DNA from: Octopus sinensis
Taxonomy: Eukaryota
Direction: 5' to 3'
Length of the DNA: 64,000 nt
Assembly (NCBI RefSeq): GCF_006345805.1
Contig: NC_043012.1
Span: 248,001 to 312,000, forward strand
Made by a program: the position numbers and the translations under genes. The notes beneath the pieces are model-generated. The model made no database searches. It was not told the DNA's origin and saw only the letters and a list, made by a program, of their open reading frames with translations. Positions within the stretch are counted from its first letter, which is position 1, and every line of letters begins with the position of its first letter. Of the stretch, positions 1 through 12,664 are shown piece by piece.

Positions 1-144
1 ATTAACGTCAACCTAGTTTCATTGACAAGGTAACTGTCGACCCAAAGCTAATGAAATGGCCATGGATATGTTGCAACGCAACGGAATAGAAATCACAAGC
101 TTCTGGGGTGAACTTCTTCTCAACCATTCAAGTATAGTGCACCT

Positions 145-429
145 ATACAGACACGTGTACCCTTAACGTAGTTCTCGGGGATATTCAGCGTGACACAGAG
201 AGTGACAAGGCCGGCCCTTTGAAATACAGGTACAACAGAAACAGGAAGTAAGAGTGAGAGAAAGTTGTGGTGAAAGAGTACAGCAGGGACCACCACCATC
301 CCTGCCGGAGCCTCGTCGAGCTTTAGGTGTTTTTGCTCAATGAACACTCACAACGCCCGGTCTGGGAATCGAAACCGCGATCCTACGACCGCGAGTCCGC
401 TGCCCTAACCACTGGGCCATTGCGCCTCC
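145..429 (-). mobile_element. tRNA-derived SINE, family C (GGAGGCGCAATGGCCCAGTGG head), 3'-truncated
   Basis: Reverse complement gives an A box (TGGCCCAGTGG) and B box (GTTTCGATTCC); near-identical to copies at 16109-16496 and 16842-17222. Confidence 0.85.
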
Positions 430-499
430 TATATATATATATATGTGTGTGTGTACGCATGTATGCATGTATGTATGTATGTATGTATGTATGTATGAA

Positions 500-545
<46 letters not shown>

Positions 546-900
546 GATACACACCTATATACACAAAGATGATGATACATTAAAAACAGTAAAGGAACGG
601 CAAGCTAATAATTTCCTTCAATGCTAAGACTTTACTGAAAATAATAACCGGATATGAATAATATGCAATGAAACAGTCACCCAATGACACTCAGATGTAC
701 TCTCTCATCTTCCGCTCGATATACCTGTTTTTCTCAACCTTTGTCCGTCTGCTTGCTTTTATCTATATATTTACCTATCTAACGAACAAACTAGCCATCG
801 ATCTGTCAATCTATTTATCAATCTGTATGTCTGTCAATTTAACGGTCCACCTATCTATATGTTACTTTATCTCTCTGTTTGCCCGTCTGTCTATCTATAA

Positions 901-1372
901 GGCGGCGGGCGAGCTGGCAGAAACGCCGGGCGAAATGCGTAGCCGTATTTCGTCTGCCGTTACGCTCTGAGTTCAAATTCCGTCGTGGTCGACTTTGCCT
1001 TTCATCCTTTCGGGGTCGATAAATTAAGTACCTATTTCTTTATTACCCACAAGGGGCTAAACACAGAGCGGACAAACAAGGACAGACATAGGTATTAAGT
1101 CGATTACATCGACCCCAGTGTGTAACTGATACTTATTTAATCGACCCCGAAAGGATGAAAGGCAAAGTCGACCTCGGCGGAATTTGAACTTAGAGGCCGA
1201 CAAAATACCGCTAAGCATTTCGTCTGACGTGCTAACGTTTCTGCCAGCTCGCCGCCTTAAATAGATAAATTAAGTACCAGTTACGCACTGGGGTCGACGT
1301 AATCGACTTAATCCGTATCTGTCCTTGTTTGTCCCCTCTGTGTTTAGCCCCTTGTAGGCAGTAAAGTAATAT
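901..1372 (+). mobile_element. tRNA-derived SINE, family B (GGCGGCGAGCTGGCAGAA head), split by a nested opposite-strand copy
   Basis: Head at 901-1032 and tail at 1264-1372 match other family B copies (GTTCAAATTCC B-box-like motif; GGTCGACTTTGCCTTTCATCCTTTCGGGGTCGAT core). Confidence 0.85.
1033..1263 (-). mobile_element. Family B SINE inserted in family B SINE, 15-bp TSD
   Basis: Complete reverse-strand copy flanked by GATAAATTAAGTACC at 1018-1032 and 1264-1278. Confidence 0.9.
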
Positions 1373-2069
1373 ATATGTTTGCCTATCTGTCTATCTACCC
1401 ATCAATCTCTCTCTCTATCTATCTATCAATCACCCTCCCTATCTCTCCCCTTCCTCTCTCTGTCTCCATATCTATCAATTTGACCGTCACTCTGTTTGTA
1501 TGTCTATCAAATAATGTAGTCCTTTTTTTAACTATCTATTTATCTATATCCTAATCTATTTTAGTGCCTTATTATTTAACACACTCACCGGTAAAATTTC
1601 CACTTATTTCTTATTTTTAATCTATTTCAATTATATATCTATTTCTCTATGTATCCACTTATCTATCTACCCAAATGTCTATGCATCTACCTATCAAGCA
1701 ATACATCGAACTACTAACCTATCTTTCTATCTACACACATACACATACACATACATATATAACTGTCAACATGTCTATTTTTCAATCTAACTATATATCT
1801 ATATATTTAAACACGCACACACTCACACACCTATTTTTGTGGGGTTGGCGATGCTTTCAAGTTCCGCATTCGAATTTGTGAGAGAATTCGCAAGTGAATT
1901 CCTTTGCCCGTCTCCTTAGACCGAAGATGAGCATGCTATTGTTTTGATGACTTTTTGATTACACCCGCTGGCACTAATGTCTATAGAAATATCACATTAT
2001 TTGGTTTCTATGTTAAAATATAAACTGAATTCGCTTACTGTAACCACATTTTCTTATTACTTTTAGTTT

Positions 2070-2303
2070 TACTCTTTTACTTGTTTCAATCATGTGACTG
2101 TGACCGTGCTGGAGCACCGCTTTTAGTCGAGCAAATTGCCCCCCAGGACTTATTCTTTCTAAGCCTAGTACTTATTCTATCGGTCTCTTTTGCCCAACCG
2201 CTAAGTAATAGGGACGTAAACACACCAGCATCGGCTGTCAAGCGATGTTGGGGGGGGACAAACACAGACACACATAGATATACACACACACACACACACA
2301 CAC

Positions 2304-2398
<95 letters not shown>

Positions 2399-2569
2399 CA
2401 TATATACGACGGGCTTGTTTCAGTTTCCGTCTACCAAATCCACCCACAAGGCTTTGGTCAGCGCGTGGCTATAGTAGAAGACACTTGCCCAGGTGCCACG
2501 CAGTGGGACTGAACACGGAGCCATGTGGTTGGTAAGCAAGCTACTTACCACACAGCCACTCTTACGCCT
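2070..2569 (-). mobile_element. tRNA-derived SINE, family A (AGGCGCAGGAGTGGCTGTGTGG head, internal CA/TA microsatellite)
   Basis: Matches copies at 30543-30930 and 54489-54894; A box TGGCTGTGTGG, B box GGTTCAGTCCC, AAAAGAGT-type tail. Confidence 0.85.
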
Positions 2570-2717
2570 ATTGTATATTTCTATCGTTTCTTATCTTTGT
2601 TAATTGCCTGATTTAGCCGTCACTTAATTTTCTGACAAATTCGATTGTAGAATTGCAATGCATCACAAGCACAACAAATGTTGGTTGTGTCCAGGTTGTT
2701 ATTTAAAATCTTATCTG

Positions 2718-2815
2718 TTTAAAACTTTGCCTGATGATGGATTGCATATTATGATGTAATTTTTTACGACTATATTAAATAACATTTTACTGAAACAGCT
2801 GTCTTAAATTTTAAA
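2718..2815 (+). ncRNA. Degenerate hammerhead ribozyme-like relic
   Basis: CTGATGA at 2731-2737 and GAAAC-AGCT-GTC at 2792-2803; imperfect stem I (TTTAAAA/TTTTAAA); stem II poorly paired. Confidence 0.4.
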
Positions 2816-2896
2816 CGCCATTTGTGTTTATTTTTGTATACCAGCGCCATACCAATGATTCACTGAAGTCAGATCTATGGTTATACACTTGATTTG

Positions 2897-3300
2897 GCAC
2901 TAGTATCATCATCTTCATCATTGTTCGACCGTGGTCGAGACAATGAAATTTACCATGCTACGCCAGACTTCACGGTCCATCATGGCATTACGGAGGTCCT
3001 GTTGCTGGATGCCTGTATCCCTGGAGATTACATCAGGGTAAGAGAGTGTGCGCCCTCTGGTATTGCGAGTAGATGGCTTCCAGAGGAGAAGAGTAGAAAT
3101 TACCTCTTTTTCAGCTCTACAACAATGTCCAGCAAACTAGACTCTCTTACCTTTCACAAGAGATGACACAGGTGGTAGTTTCCCATATATTTGCACTAGC
3201 ATATCTATGGTATCCATCCAGCGCTGGAAGTCTACACTATTGATTTATTTCACTGTGAGCTCCATATAATCGAACCTAGCCATTTTCGGCGTCCTGCATG
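2897..3300 (-). mobile_element. RTE-clade LINE 3' fragment
   Basis: Minus-strand translation YGKLPPVSSLVKGKRV*FAGHCCRA...LLWKP...GRTLSYPDVISRDTG...MMDREVWRSMV is typical of an RTE C-terminus; ends in a (TGA)n-like tail. Confidence 0.75.
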
Positions 3301-3348
3301 TTTGCATGCCTTGATTATTAAGAAACCTCATAACAAACTCACACATAT

Positions 3349-3465
3349 ATAAAGGGGAAGTTTACGAAAATAAACAAAAGACGAAGGCAGGTGGTGTACA
3401 AACAAACAAATGTATTAGTATAACGCTCAGGAATAGAAAGAGTCTTTTACGTTTCGAGCCTACGC
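3349..3465 (-). mobile_element. PLE-type terminal fragment with half a hammerhead
   Basis: Homologous to 24110-24330 and 27398-27597; retains GCGTAGGCTC-GAAAC-GTA-AAAG; 3' end abuts a short AT/AC run. Confidence 0.6.
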
Positions 3466-4010
3466 CCATATAGATACGTATGAAGATGCGAAGTATGCAC
3501 ATGTGTGCGTGTGTGTTTGTGTCAGTGTGTGATTAATTGTGTGTATGTTTGTACTTAATCATGTGAGTTATACGTGAGTAATCACTGCAACAACAATGAC
3601 AAATACAACCACACCACATATAACTAAACTAACGCTTGGTATATATAACGACCGTTTTGTGTAGCTGAATCATCGCGGTTGAAGAGATTTGATATATTAC
3701 AATATATACTTACATACATGCAAATATATATATACGTCCGTAGGTGACTTAATATAGAATGATTGTCGTCATTTCTTTCTCTTTTGCCTGCGTTGTTTGC
3801 CTTTTAAGTGCTGTGGTTTTACTGGGATCTCCCTTTTAAGTAGAAAGAATAGCCATAACTCTTTGACTGCTATTTCTAATTCGGTGTGTGGTGAGGCAAA
3901 TTATTGCTAAACCCTTAATTACTTAGTATTACTATATATATATATATCATATATATATATATATATATATATACTTATTACTTATTATACTTATTATATT
4001 ATATTAAACA

Positions 4011-4050
<40 letters not shown>

Positions 4051-4201
4051 TATATATAACTTATACTTATTATATTATATTAAACTATAAATATATATAC
4101 TTATTACTTATTATAATTATAATATTATATTAAACTTTTTAATACTTTTTGATAGTTATTTGAAAAAGAATTAAAAGTTTGATAATTTAAAAATTTTTTA
4201 T

Positions 4202-4232
<31 letters not shown>

Positions 4233-4403
4233 ATATAATAAAAATTCATAAATAGAAATCAAAAATTTTAAATTTAAATAATTTAAATTTAAAATTTTGT
4301 ATTTTATATATTTTATATTAATTAATTATATTTATTTTTATAATTTGGTTTATGTTTTTCACTGTTTGATTTGCCTAATAGTGGTTTTATCTCTAATTTA
4401 ATT

Positions 4404-4478
<75 letters not shown>

Positions 4479-4497
4479 ATACATGCATATATATATA

Positions 4498-5701
4498 CAG
4501 GGGCTGGACAAAATAATGGAAACACCTAGTATTATAGCTTCATAATTCTGAAATATCTATAAAACCGTCAAAAGCTTGTTTATTTTTATGTTTTTGTTTA
4601 TTTGTTATTAGTTTTGCTTAATGTGTTTTGCTAAAATTGCTGTTTCTTTTCAGATGTAATCAGAAAATGAGAGATCTATCGAACTTTCTAAGAGGTCAAA
4701 TTGTTGGTGCTCGTATGGCAGACATTGCCTAACGAAATGTTTGTTGTATCAAGAAGTACTGTCTCGAAAGTAATGACAGCCTTTGAGAATGAGGAAAAAA
4801 CCTCCTCGTCGAAACGAGACTCCGGAAGAAAGCCAAAACTTTCAGATAGGCACCGTTGGACTTTTATCTCGCAAAATTACTGTAAAGCTTAATGACCACC
4901 TCAGTTTCCTAAAAAGTGGTGGCCAGGAACTGCAGAGAGCCAGATTTTACGGGAGGGGTGCAATCAGAAAACCACTACTTTCAAAAACAAACGTTGCAAA
5001 GCAATTAGATGGGAGTAAAAATCTACAGAATTGGTCCCTAGAGCAGTAGAAGAATGTAATTTTCCCGGACAACTCATCCTTTGCCTTATTTCTGACCACC
5101 GGCCGAGTATACGTGTGGAGACAGCCAAAAGGAGCATTTGACCCAGACTGTCTTCTTCCAACTGTTGAATATGGAAGAGGATCTGTGATGATCCGGGGGA
5201 GGCTATACCTTGGAAATCCGCCAGTCCAGTGGTTTCCCTTCATGGCAGAATTAATAGTCAAGACTATTTAAGCATTTTATCTGATCAAATTCATCCTATG
5301 GCTGCAGAACTGTATCCGGAGGGAATCCGTAATCTTTCAGGATGATAACACACCAATTCATACAGCTACGTTGTTACAGAATGGGATGAGGAACATTCTA
5401 GTGAAGTTGAACATCTTATCTGGCGACCACAGTCCCCAGATCTCAATATCATTGAACATTTATGGTGCAATTTAGAAAAAACATGTAAGGAATCGATGTT
5501 CTCCACCGTCATCACTACATGAACCGGGGACTCTTTTAGCTGAAGAATGGACAAAAATCCCTTTGGAAACCATTCAAACTTTGTACGAGTCCATACCTCG
5601 TAGAATTGAAGCTGTAGTTACTGCCAAAGGCGGTCCTACCCTATATTAAAATAAACTTGTTTGAAATTTTAAGGTGTTTACATTATTATGTCCAACCCCA
5701 G
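4498..5701 (+). mobile_element. Full-length degenerate Tc1/mariner DNA transposon, reconstructed DD36E (Incomer-like)
   Basis: 30-bp TIRs (CAGGGGCTGGACAAAATAATGGAAACACCT; right copy 26/30 identical), TA on both sides, 1204 bp. Transposase remnants MRDLSNFLRGQIVGAR, FPDNSSF..TTGRVYVWR, FQDDNTPIHTA, WRPQSPDLNIIEHLW, with stops and frameshifts. Confidence 0.92.
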
Positions 5702-5711
5702 TATAATGTAT

Positions 5712-5751
<40 letters not shown>

Positions 5752-5759
<8 letters not shown>

Positions 5760-6760
5760 TCATACTTTGATAGGTTTCGGCCAGTATTGGCCGAGGCCAT
5801 GTCTAACTTTGCACTACTGACAAAGTCATTCAAATCAGGAATCGGACAACATGGCCCACTCGAGGGGAGAGTCATTGTTTACAGAGACATATCCGGGTGT
5901 AGGAGGTTTATCCGGGATCTTTTGATATGTATATTTTGATGGCAGACCTCGTCAGAATAATGAGAAATTTGTCACGCATGTGCGAGCCCACAGAGTTAAA
6001 GAGACACATACAATATTTCATTCACCGCATGCAGTTCTCAGGTTACAGCCATAAAGAAAGGATCAGAGTATACAAAGGAACCATGAAGAAATTTGATAAT
6101 GTAATGATAGGAATGGGATTTGCCCACTCTATAGGAACAAGTCATGGAACACTATAGAAAGGGCAAAAAAGAAAATAGGGAAGGCCAACTCTTGGTATGA
6201 TAGCCATAAATACCAGAGTGTCATGTTCGTTGACACCATCCCTGGGGGTGAACTGGCGTACCGCTTTAGAAGGACCCTAGACAAACTTAAGCTAAGAATT
6301 AAAGTTGTTGAAAAGCCAGGCAACCCTATCAAATCTATAATTGGTAGAACCTATCCCTTTAGTAGAACCCCCTGTACGGATAAATACTGTACTGTATGTA
6401 GATTTAGCCCACAAACAAACTGTAAAGCCAGAAATGTAGTCTATAGTATAAGATGTATAGAGGGACGATGCAGTAACAAGACAACGACATACGTAGGGGA
6501 AACGGCAAGAAGCATAGGAGAGCGGGTAAACGACATTGGAAACAACTTAAGGAAGGTAAAAGCTCATCGATTCTGTACCAAAACGCCGAACAGGAACACG
6601 GGGGATCAATCAATAACATAGAAATTAAAATATTGTCCACACATAGAACAGATGCAACAATTAGACAAATTACAGAAGCTACACACATAATAGAAAATAA
6701 ACCTAGCCTGAATAGAAAACTAGAATGGAGCACTAACACACACCACAACATATGACGATA
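5752..6760 (+). mobile_element. Penelope-like retroelement 3' fragment (RT thumb, Cys-rich linker, GIY-YIG endonuclease), Neptune-like
   Basis: ORFs 5927-6157 (ADLVRIMRNLSR...RMQFSGY) and 6223-6621 (MFVDTIPGGELA...CTDKYCTVC...VVYSIRC...YVGETARSIGER); endonuclease lies C-terminal to RT; frameshifted. Clade assignment is inference. Confidence 0.8.
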
Positions 6761-7155
6761 GAGGATCCTGAAAACATAATAAATACACAGATAAATAAAC
6801 TAATAGAAATAAATAACTATATATATATTTTTTTTCGATTCGATTTATTATTATTATTACTAGTATTGTTGTTATACATACATACATACATACAAGCATA
6901 TGTAATGATAATAATAAGTGGATGTAAACACATGAACAAAATAAGAATAAACAAAAACAACAACAAAAAATACAAATTACATGAACATATATAAACAGAA
7001 GATACAAATATTACAGGCATCCCCCCACATACACACACTAAATAAACACAGACGCACATAGAGATATAAGCATGCGCAAATGAAGACATACAATAGAAAT
7101 ACAAAATGGCTGACGGTTAGTAAGGAGAGACACAAATAAGTAAGAAGAAAACAAA

Positions 7156-7200
7156 GGACCACTGATGCGGTCACAGGAGTGTGACGAAAGAACTCTGTCC
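7156..7200 (+). ncRNA. Minimal type I hammerhead-like motif (A9C variant) in a PLE-type end (about 7110-7375)
   Basis: GGACCA-CTGATGC-G-GTCACA-GGAG-TGTGAC-GAAAG-AA-CTC-TGTCC; second copy at 27634-27678 inside a roughly 200-bp homologous segment. Confidence 0.55.
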
Positions 7201-7375
7201 GAAATAAGATTAAGATTAATGTAAAAATAATAACACTGAAGCAAAATAACACCAAATATATAGTGCGTGTGTTTTTATTGGCTAAACTGGCAAAATGACC
7301 ATTCCGAAATATAACAATATATGTTCAACAACACACGACTTCACATAAAAAATCTTTCACAACAATATTTAAACG

Positions 7376-7433
<58 letters not shown>

Positions 7434-7462
7434 TATAATATATATATATATATATATAATAT

Positions 7463-7705
7463 AGCGCAGGAGTGGCTGTGTGGTAAGTAATCACATGGTT
7501 CTGGCTTCAGTCCTACTGCGTGGCAACTTGGCCAAGTGTCTTCTACTATAGCCTCGGGCCGACCAAAGCCTTGTGAGTGGATTTGGTAGACGGAAACTGA
7601 AAGAAGTCCATCGTATGTATATATATGTGTGTGCGTGCGTGTGTGTGTTTATATGTCTGTGTTTGTCTCCCCGAACATCGCTTGGTGTGTTTACGATGCT
7701 GGAGT
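7463..7705 (+). mobile_element. Family A SINE, partial
   Basis: Head GCGCAGGAGTGGCTGTGTGGTAAG through the internal microsatellite. Confidence 0.8.
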
Positions 7706-7721
7706 GTTTATGTATATATAC

Positions 7722-7838
<117 letters not shown>

Positions 7839-7932
7839 AGAGAGCGGTGGTGCCTGGTTATGGGTATTGAAATTGCACCTGAATCTTGATACGAGTTGTA
7901 GATTTTAAATTATGTTATAAATTTATTAAATG

Positions 7933-7976
7933 ACCAAACCGGTTTCGACATTTTTTGTTTTTTGTTTTTCAGTGGC
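7933..7976 (-). ncRNA. Degenerate hammerhead relic (G8A)
   Basis: Minus strand GCCA-CTGAAAA-AACA...TGTC-GAAAC-CG-GTT-TGGT with palindromic ACCGGT stem III. Confidence 0.4.
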
Positions 7977-9340
7977 AAGTAAAAGAAGTTTAGGAGAGAT
8001 CGAGAAAAAAACTTGCACAAAATATCAAATATTTATACAATTTCAATATTCAATATATTTCACAGGGATAGGCAGTACTACAAGTTTGAATGTTTGATGA
8101 ATTTCATAAGCCACGCACGACAGAAAGTTCGACGACATTGAGTTATGTTAACAAGTTCTTGAGGGATGCCTCTCAATGTCTCTAGTTTCCGTAGTAGACT
8201 ACAGAGTCTGTACGTACAGATGGGTTGAGGAGAAGAGGACACTCTTGATGGAGCGATCGCATGATACTGAACGATTCCAACGGGTAATTATTTACTCTAA
8301 CCACAGAGCAAATGCCGCTGTACTTTGCTGCGATCCTGCCTCGACCAAAATCAGCCACCTTCAGGGCAGCAGTCAAGTATTGGCCAGCCATTTTCGAAGG
8401 AAGGGATGTAAAACAAGTCGATTACATCGACTTTGGTACTTGACTGGTACTTTACTGTAACCGATACCATCATACCTTGTACAAGACGGAATTTGATTTA
8501 TGAACCTCGACGACATGAAAGACATAAATGAAGTAGGTGATATTTGAACTCAAAAATTAATAAATCGGAATAAATACCCAACAAGTGTTATTTTCCCGAT
8601 GTTCTAACAATTCTGCCTATCTACTAACATCAACAATGGAGGAAATACTCTTTGTGTACTACAGGCCTTGTTCCTATAATACAAAAGGATGAAAGGCAAA
8701 TTTGGCCTCGTCGGAATTTAATTTCAGAACGTAATGACATAAGAAATGCCGCTGAGCATTTTGTCCGACATGCTAACGATATTGTAGTCTTAACAATATC
8801 GATAATAATAATGTACATAAGATATTTGACCTAAGTTCCACAAACTGGTATCGATCTTCACAATTGCATGATGCGAGGCAAACTTTTCAGTGCCATTTCT
8901 TTGTATGTTAAATTGATACAATCGGCGAGTTGATAGAATCGTTAGATCGTCGGACAAAATGCTTAGTACGGCTATTTACGTTCTGAGTTCAAATTACCCC
9001 GACATTCTCTTTGCTTTTCAAATTCGATAATATAAACGCCGGTGAAGGACTGGAGACGATGTAATCGACTAAGCTCACCCTCAAGTCTTCAGGTCTTGTG
9101 TCTTTTTTTAGAAAAGATATTGACTTGACATAGATATATAACAACTTAACCTTCATTAAGGTACTTCACGATAAGCCAAGGTTTGCTGAAGCTTTGTAGC
9201 GTCATCTAGAGACGCTGACTTGATACGTGTATATAACTTGACATAGTTATATAAAGACTTGATCTACATTCAAATACTTTGAGATAACAAATTCTTGCCC
9301 AGACATAATGACTTTATTGTGTGTGCGAGTGTCTGTGTAA

Positions 9341-9373
<33 letters not shown>

Positions 9374-9717
9374 TATATGTCTGTATGTATATACACACAG
9401 ATATATATACATATATATATATATATACAATATATGTATATAATGTTAAATATATATATATATATATATGTGTTGACATTGATGCGTATGTAAACTTGAC
9501 ATGATTTAAGATAATTTGAGATAACTAAATCTTAACATAGTCATAATTTTGATCGTGATTTACTCTTCTTCATTTACCAACGCTACACCATGTATACATA
9601 TATACATAAATATATGCATATATGTGCATAATTAGATGCACACGTATGTATACTAGCTAAGAAATATTGTATACAGGTACACATATGTGTGTATAAAATA
9701 TGTGTGCGCGTGTATGT

Positions 9718-9785
<68 letters not shown>

Positions 9786-9792
9786 TATAATA

Positions 9793-10184
9793 TATGGTTA
9801 TGAGAAGTAATGGTGTCAATAAGACCCAAAGGTTTCAGGTAATGCTGAATAAATGCTATGGACAGACTATAGTTAAGCTCCAGGTTCAGTGATTATGCGA
9901 ATGAGGGGTCAAACGTAGGTCATATATCAGTATGAGTATATATAAAATTTTTCAAAATGAGATAAAAATCTAAGGGTGAGAAAGATTTTAGAACATTTAT
10001 AAATAGGTCTTACAGCTGTTTCCAGGATATTTTATATATCCCTTCATCGGAGGCGGCGTGAGAATAACTATTGGTTAACCATTTTCTACACAGTCTCCGA
10101 TGAAGGGATATATAAAATATCCCGAAAAACAGCTGTAAGACCTATTTATAGATGTTATAAAATCTTTCATACCCTTAGATTTTT
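9793..10184. mobile_element. PLE-type end with inverted duplication carrying two hammerheads
   Basis: Inverted arms 9964-10052 and 10095-10184; minus-strand copy runs on to (TA)n near 9790. Confidence 0.75.
10093..10141 (+). ncRNA. Minimal type I hammerhead ribozyme (U4C); mirror copy on minus strand at about 10006-10054
   Basis: GTCT-CCGATGA-A-GGGATAT-ATAAA-ATATCCC-GAAA(AA)C-AGCT-GTA-AGAC: stem I 4 bp, stem II 7 bp, palindromic stem III. Confidence 0.7.
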
Positions 10185-10189
10185 GCTGT

Positions 10190-10815
10190 CACGTGTGTGA
10201 CGAGACCGCCTGTCGGCCGAGTCTATCGTGAGAATTGCTCCGCCACCTTCACTCAACCGGGAAGGCAAGGCAATCTTCATCGTACTGATGGCCGTGATGA
10301 AAGAATGTGTGTGGTGGACTCGAGCGAAAGGATTAGAGACAAACACTTACCTCTCTAGCGAATCGCTCATCAACTGTTTCAAGTGCCACTTGAAAAGGAA
10401 GATGAAAATCGAGAGGCAGGTTTTGTCTCGTGAAAGTTTCAAAAAAGAAGGTGGGTGAATGTAGCAAAGATGGTGCTTGCGAGAGACGAAACCACTATGA
10501 GCATGATCCTGTAAATCGTAAAAGAGAGAGAGCACTTTGCTCTTATGTGTTTATTTCCTCCCTGCCTGAGTTTACCGTGGTCTTTTCTGTAGGCTTTTCT
10601 TTCCACGGATAAACCTAATCTTTTTTCTTACTTTTAAAAAGATTTCTTTCTGTGATACACGATCCCTTTTGATCGCCTTTTTATTCCCTGTCCCTTTTGA
10701 TCGAAATTTTACATTTGTTCCCTTTTCTTCCTTTTTCTTTTCCATTTTCGAAAAGAAAAGTTCTACATTTGTATTTTTCCTCTCTATGTTCAGCCCTGTG
10801 TGACCAATAAAGAAA
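10190..10815 (+). mobile_element. Tx1/L1-clade LINE ORF2 C-terminus and 3' UTR
   Basis: GKAIFIVLMAVMKECVWWTRAKGL...LINCFKCHLKRKMKIERQVLS, then (frameshifted) RWVNVAKM; pyrimidine-rich 3' UTR ending AATAAA near 10806. Confidence 0.65.
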
Positions 10816-10893
10816 CTTATCTCATTCTGAAAATTCACATATATACGCGCAGACACACACACCACACACACAACACACACACACACACACACA

Positions 10894-10946
<53 letters not shown>

Positions 10947-11029
10947 TTAATAAATAATAAAAATATATGCATATATACATACATATATGTACGTACCTAC
11001 CTCTACATGTATATATACATGCATATATG

Positions 11030-11240
11030 GGTACAGGACACCAAGAAAACGTCGAACACAATGAGAAACGAAAACATAAACACAACACCAAGGAAATGGA
11101 CATTTTTTTAAAACAATGAAAAAATAGAGTACAGAACATACAAAACAAGGAAAATTCCCCTTCTTCAGTCGCCTTAATTTCATCAACCCACGTTTCGAAG
11201 GTCAAGGCGATACGTGTCTTCAATGAAATTTTCCTTCCCG
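11030..11240 (-). mobile_element. PLE-type end with degenerate hammerhead relic (11177-11229)
   Basis: TTGAAGA...CCTTC-GAAAC-GT with ATTTCAT/ATGAAAT flanks, followed by a second CTGAAGAAGGG; same layout as 38625-38830. Confidence 0.45.
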
Positions 11241-11877
11241 CGAAAATCAAATTTAAAAAAAATATATATATATATATTATTTGTGAATTAAGTCTACCAT
11301 TGGCTTCATGGTGAGAAAAGTAGGAGAACACACAAGGAGAATACACAAATTTACAATTACTCAACCAGGATTACAAGTTCAGGCTTATATCTGCAATTAT
11401 TGGGGCACTGAGATACGTAACAAACTATGAGAAATTAATCTTCTAAATACCTGAATGGAGAAAGCTATTTCTATTACAGATTCAAACCATGGGTGGAGAG
11501 CTCGAAATCTGTAATACTTTCCAGGAGTTTAGCATTTAAGCATATATGCATATGTCTAGACACACAACTATATGCATGGGAATACATACATAAAACAATA
11601 CATGAAAATCTACACATGCGCTGACTCCAAACACATACACATAAACATGCACAAATATTTTGCTTGTTTTGTTTAAAATTCCAATAAAGGAACTTTGAGG
11701 TTAGAAACCGAATCTTTCTCAACTGGCAAGAAACAGAAATAAGACTAAATAACTAATATACATACGTACAGATAGATGGAGAGAGAGAGAGAGAGAGAGA
11801 GAGATCCATAGATCCATATATATATATATGTGCATATCTATACATATATATGTCATACATACATATATGTATGTATG

Positions 11878-11910
<33 letters not shown>

Positions 11911-11965
11911 ATATATATGTATGTATATATGCATACATATATACCTTTATACATATGCACGTATA

Positions 11966-12034
<69 letters not shown>

Positions 12035-12404
12035 CATGACCATCTCACAAATATAAACGTTATTCCTTTGTGTATCTCACGTGGGCTTTTGAAATATCTA
12101 ACTACATATCAACCGATATATCTATCTATCTATCTATCTATTAATCTATCTACCTATTTCTTTGCTTGTTTGTGTCAGTCTGTCTACCTATAAAATTACC
12201 TGTCTGTCTTCCAATCTATTTATCTACATACATTCCTACCTACTTACTTACCTACTTACCTATCTATTCACCTATGTTTTTGCTTATTTATCTCTCTATC
12301 TATCCATCTACCTATCTTTTTACCTACTAATCTACCTGCCTACCTACCTATATGTCTATCTATCTATCCATCTACAGCTTACCGACTTACATTACAATCT
12401 TATT

Positions 12405-12592
12405 TCTTTATTGCTCACAAGGGGCTACACACAGAGGGAACAAACAAGGACAGACAAACGGATTATATCGACCCCAGTGCGTAACTGGTACTTATTTAAT
12501 CGACCCCGAAAGGATGAAAGGCAAAGTCGACCTCGGCGGAATTTGAACTAAGAACGTAACGGCAGACGAAATACCGCTAAGTATTTCGCCCA
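12405..12592 (-). mobile_element. Family B SINE
   Basis: High identity to 1033-1263 and 55767-55992. Confidence 0.85.
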
Positions 12593-12612
12593 TTATCAAC
12601 CTACCTATTGCC

Positions 12613-12664
<52 letters not shown>

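Noticed and set aside
7945-7975. Plus-strand splice acceptor TTTTTTGTTTTTCAG
   Set aside because: Better explained as the antisense of a decayed hammerhead core and its A-rich stem II loop.
8182-8391. LKVADFGRG resembles a kinase DFG motif
   Set aside because: No other kinase subdomain (HRD, APE) and no convincing splice sites; treated as chance.
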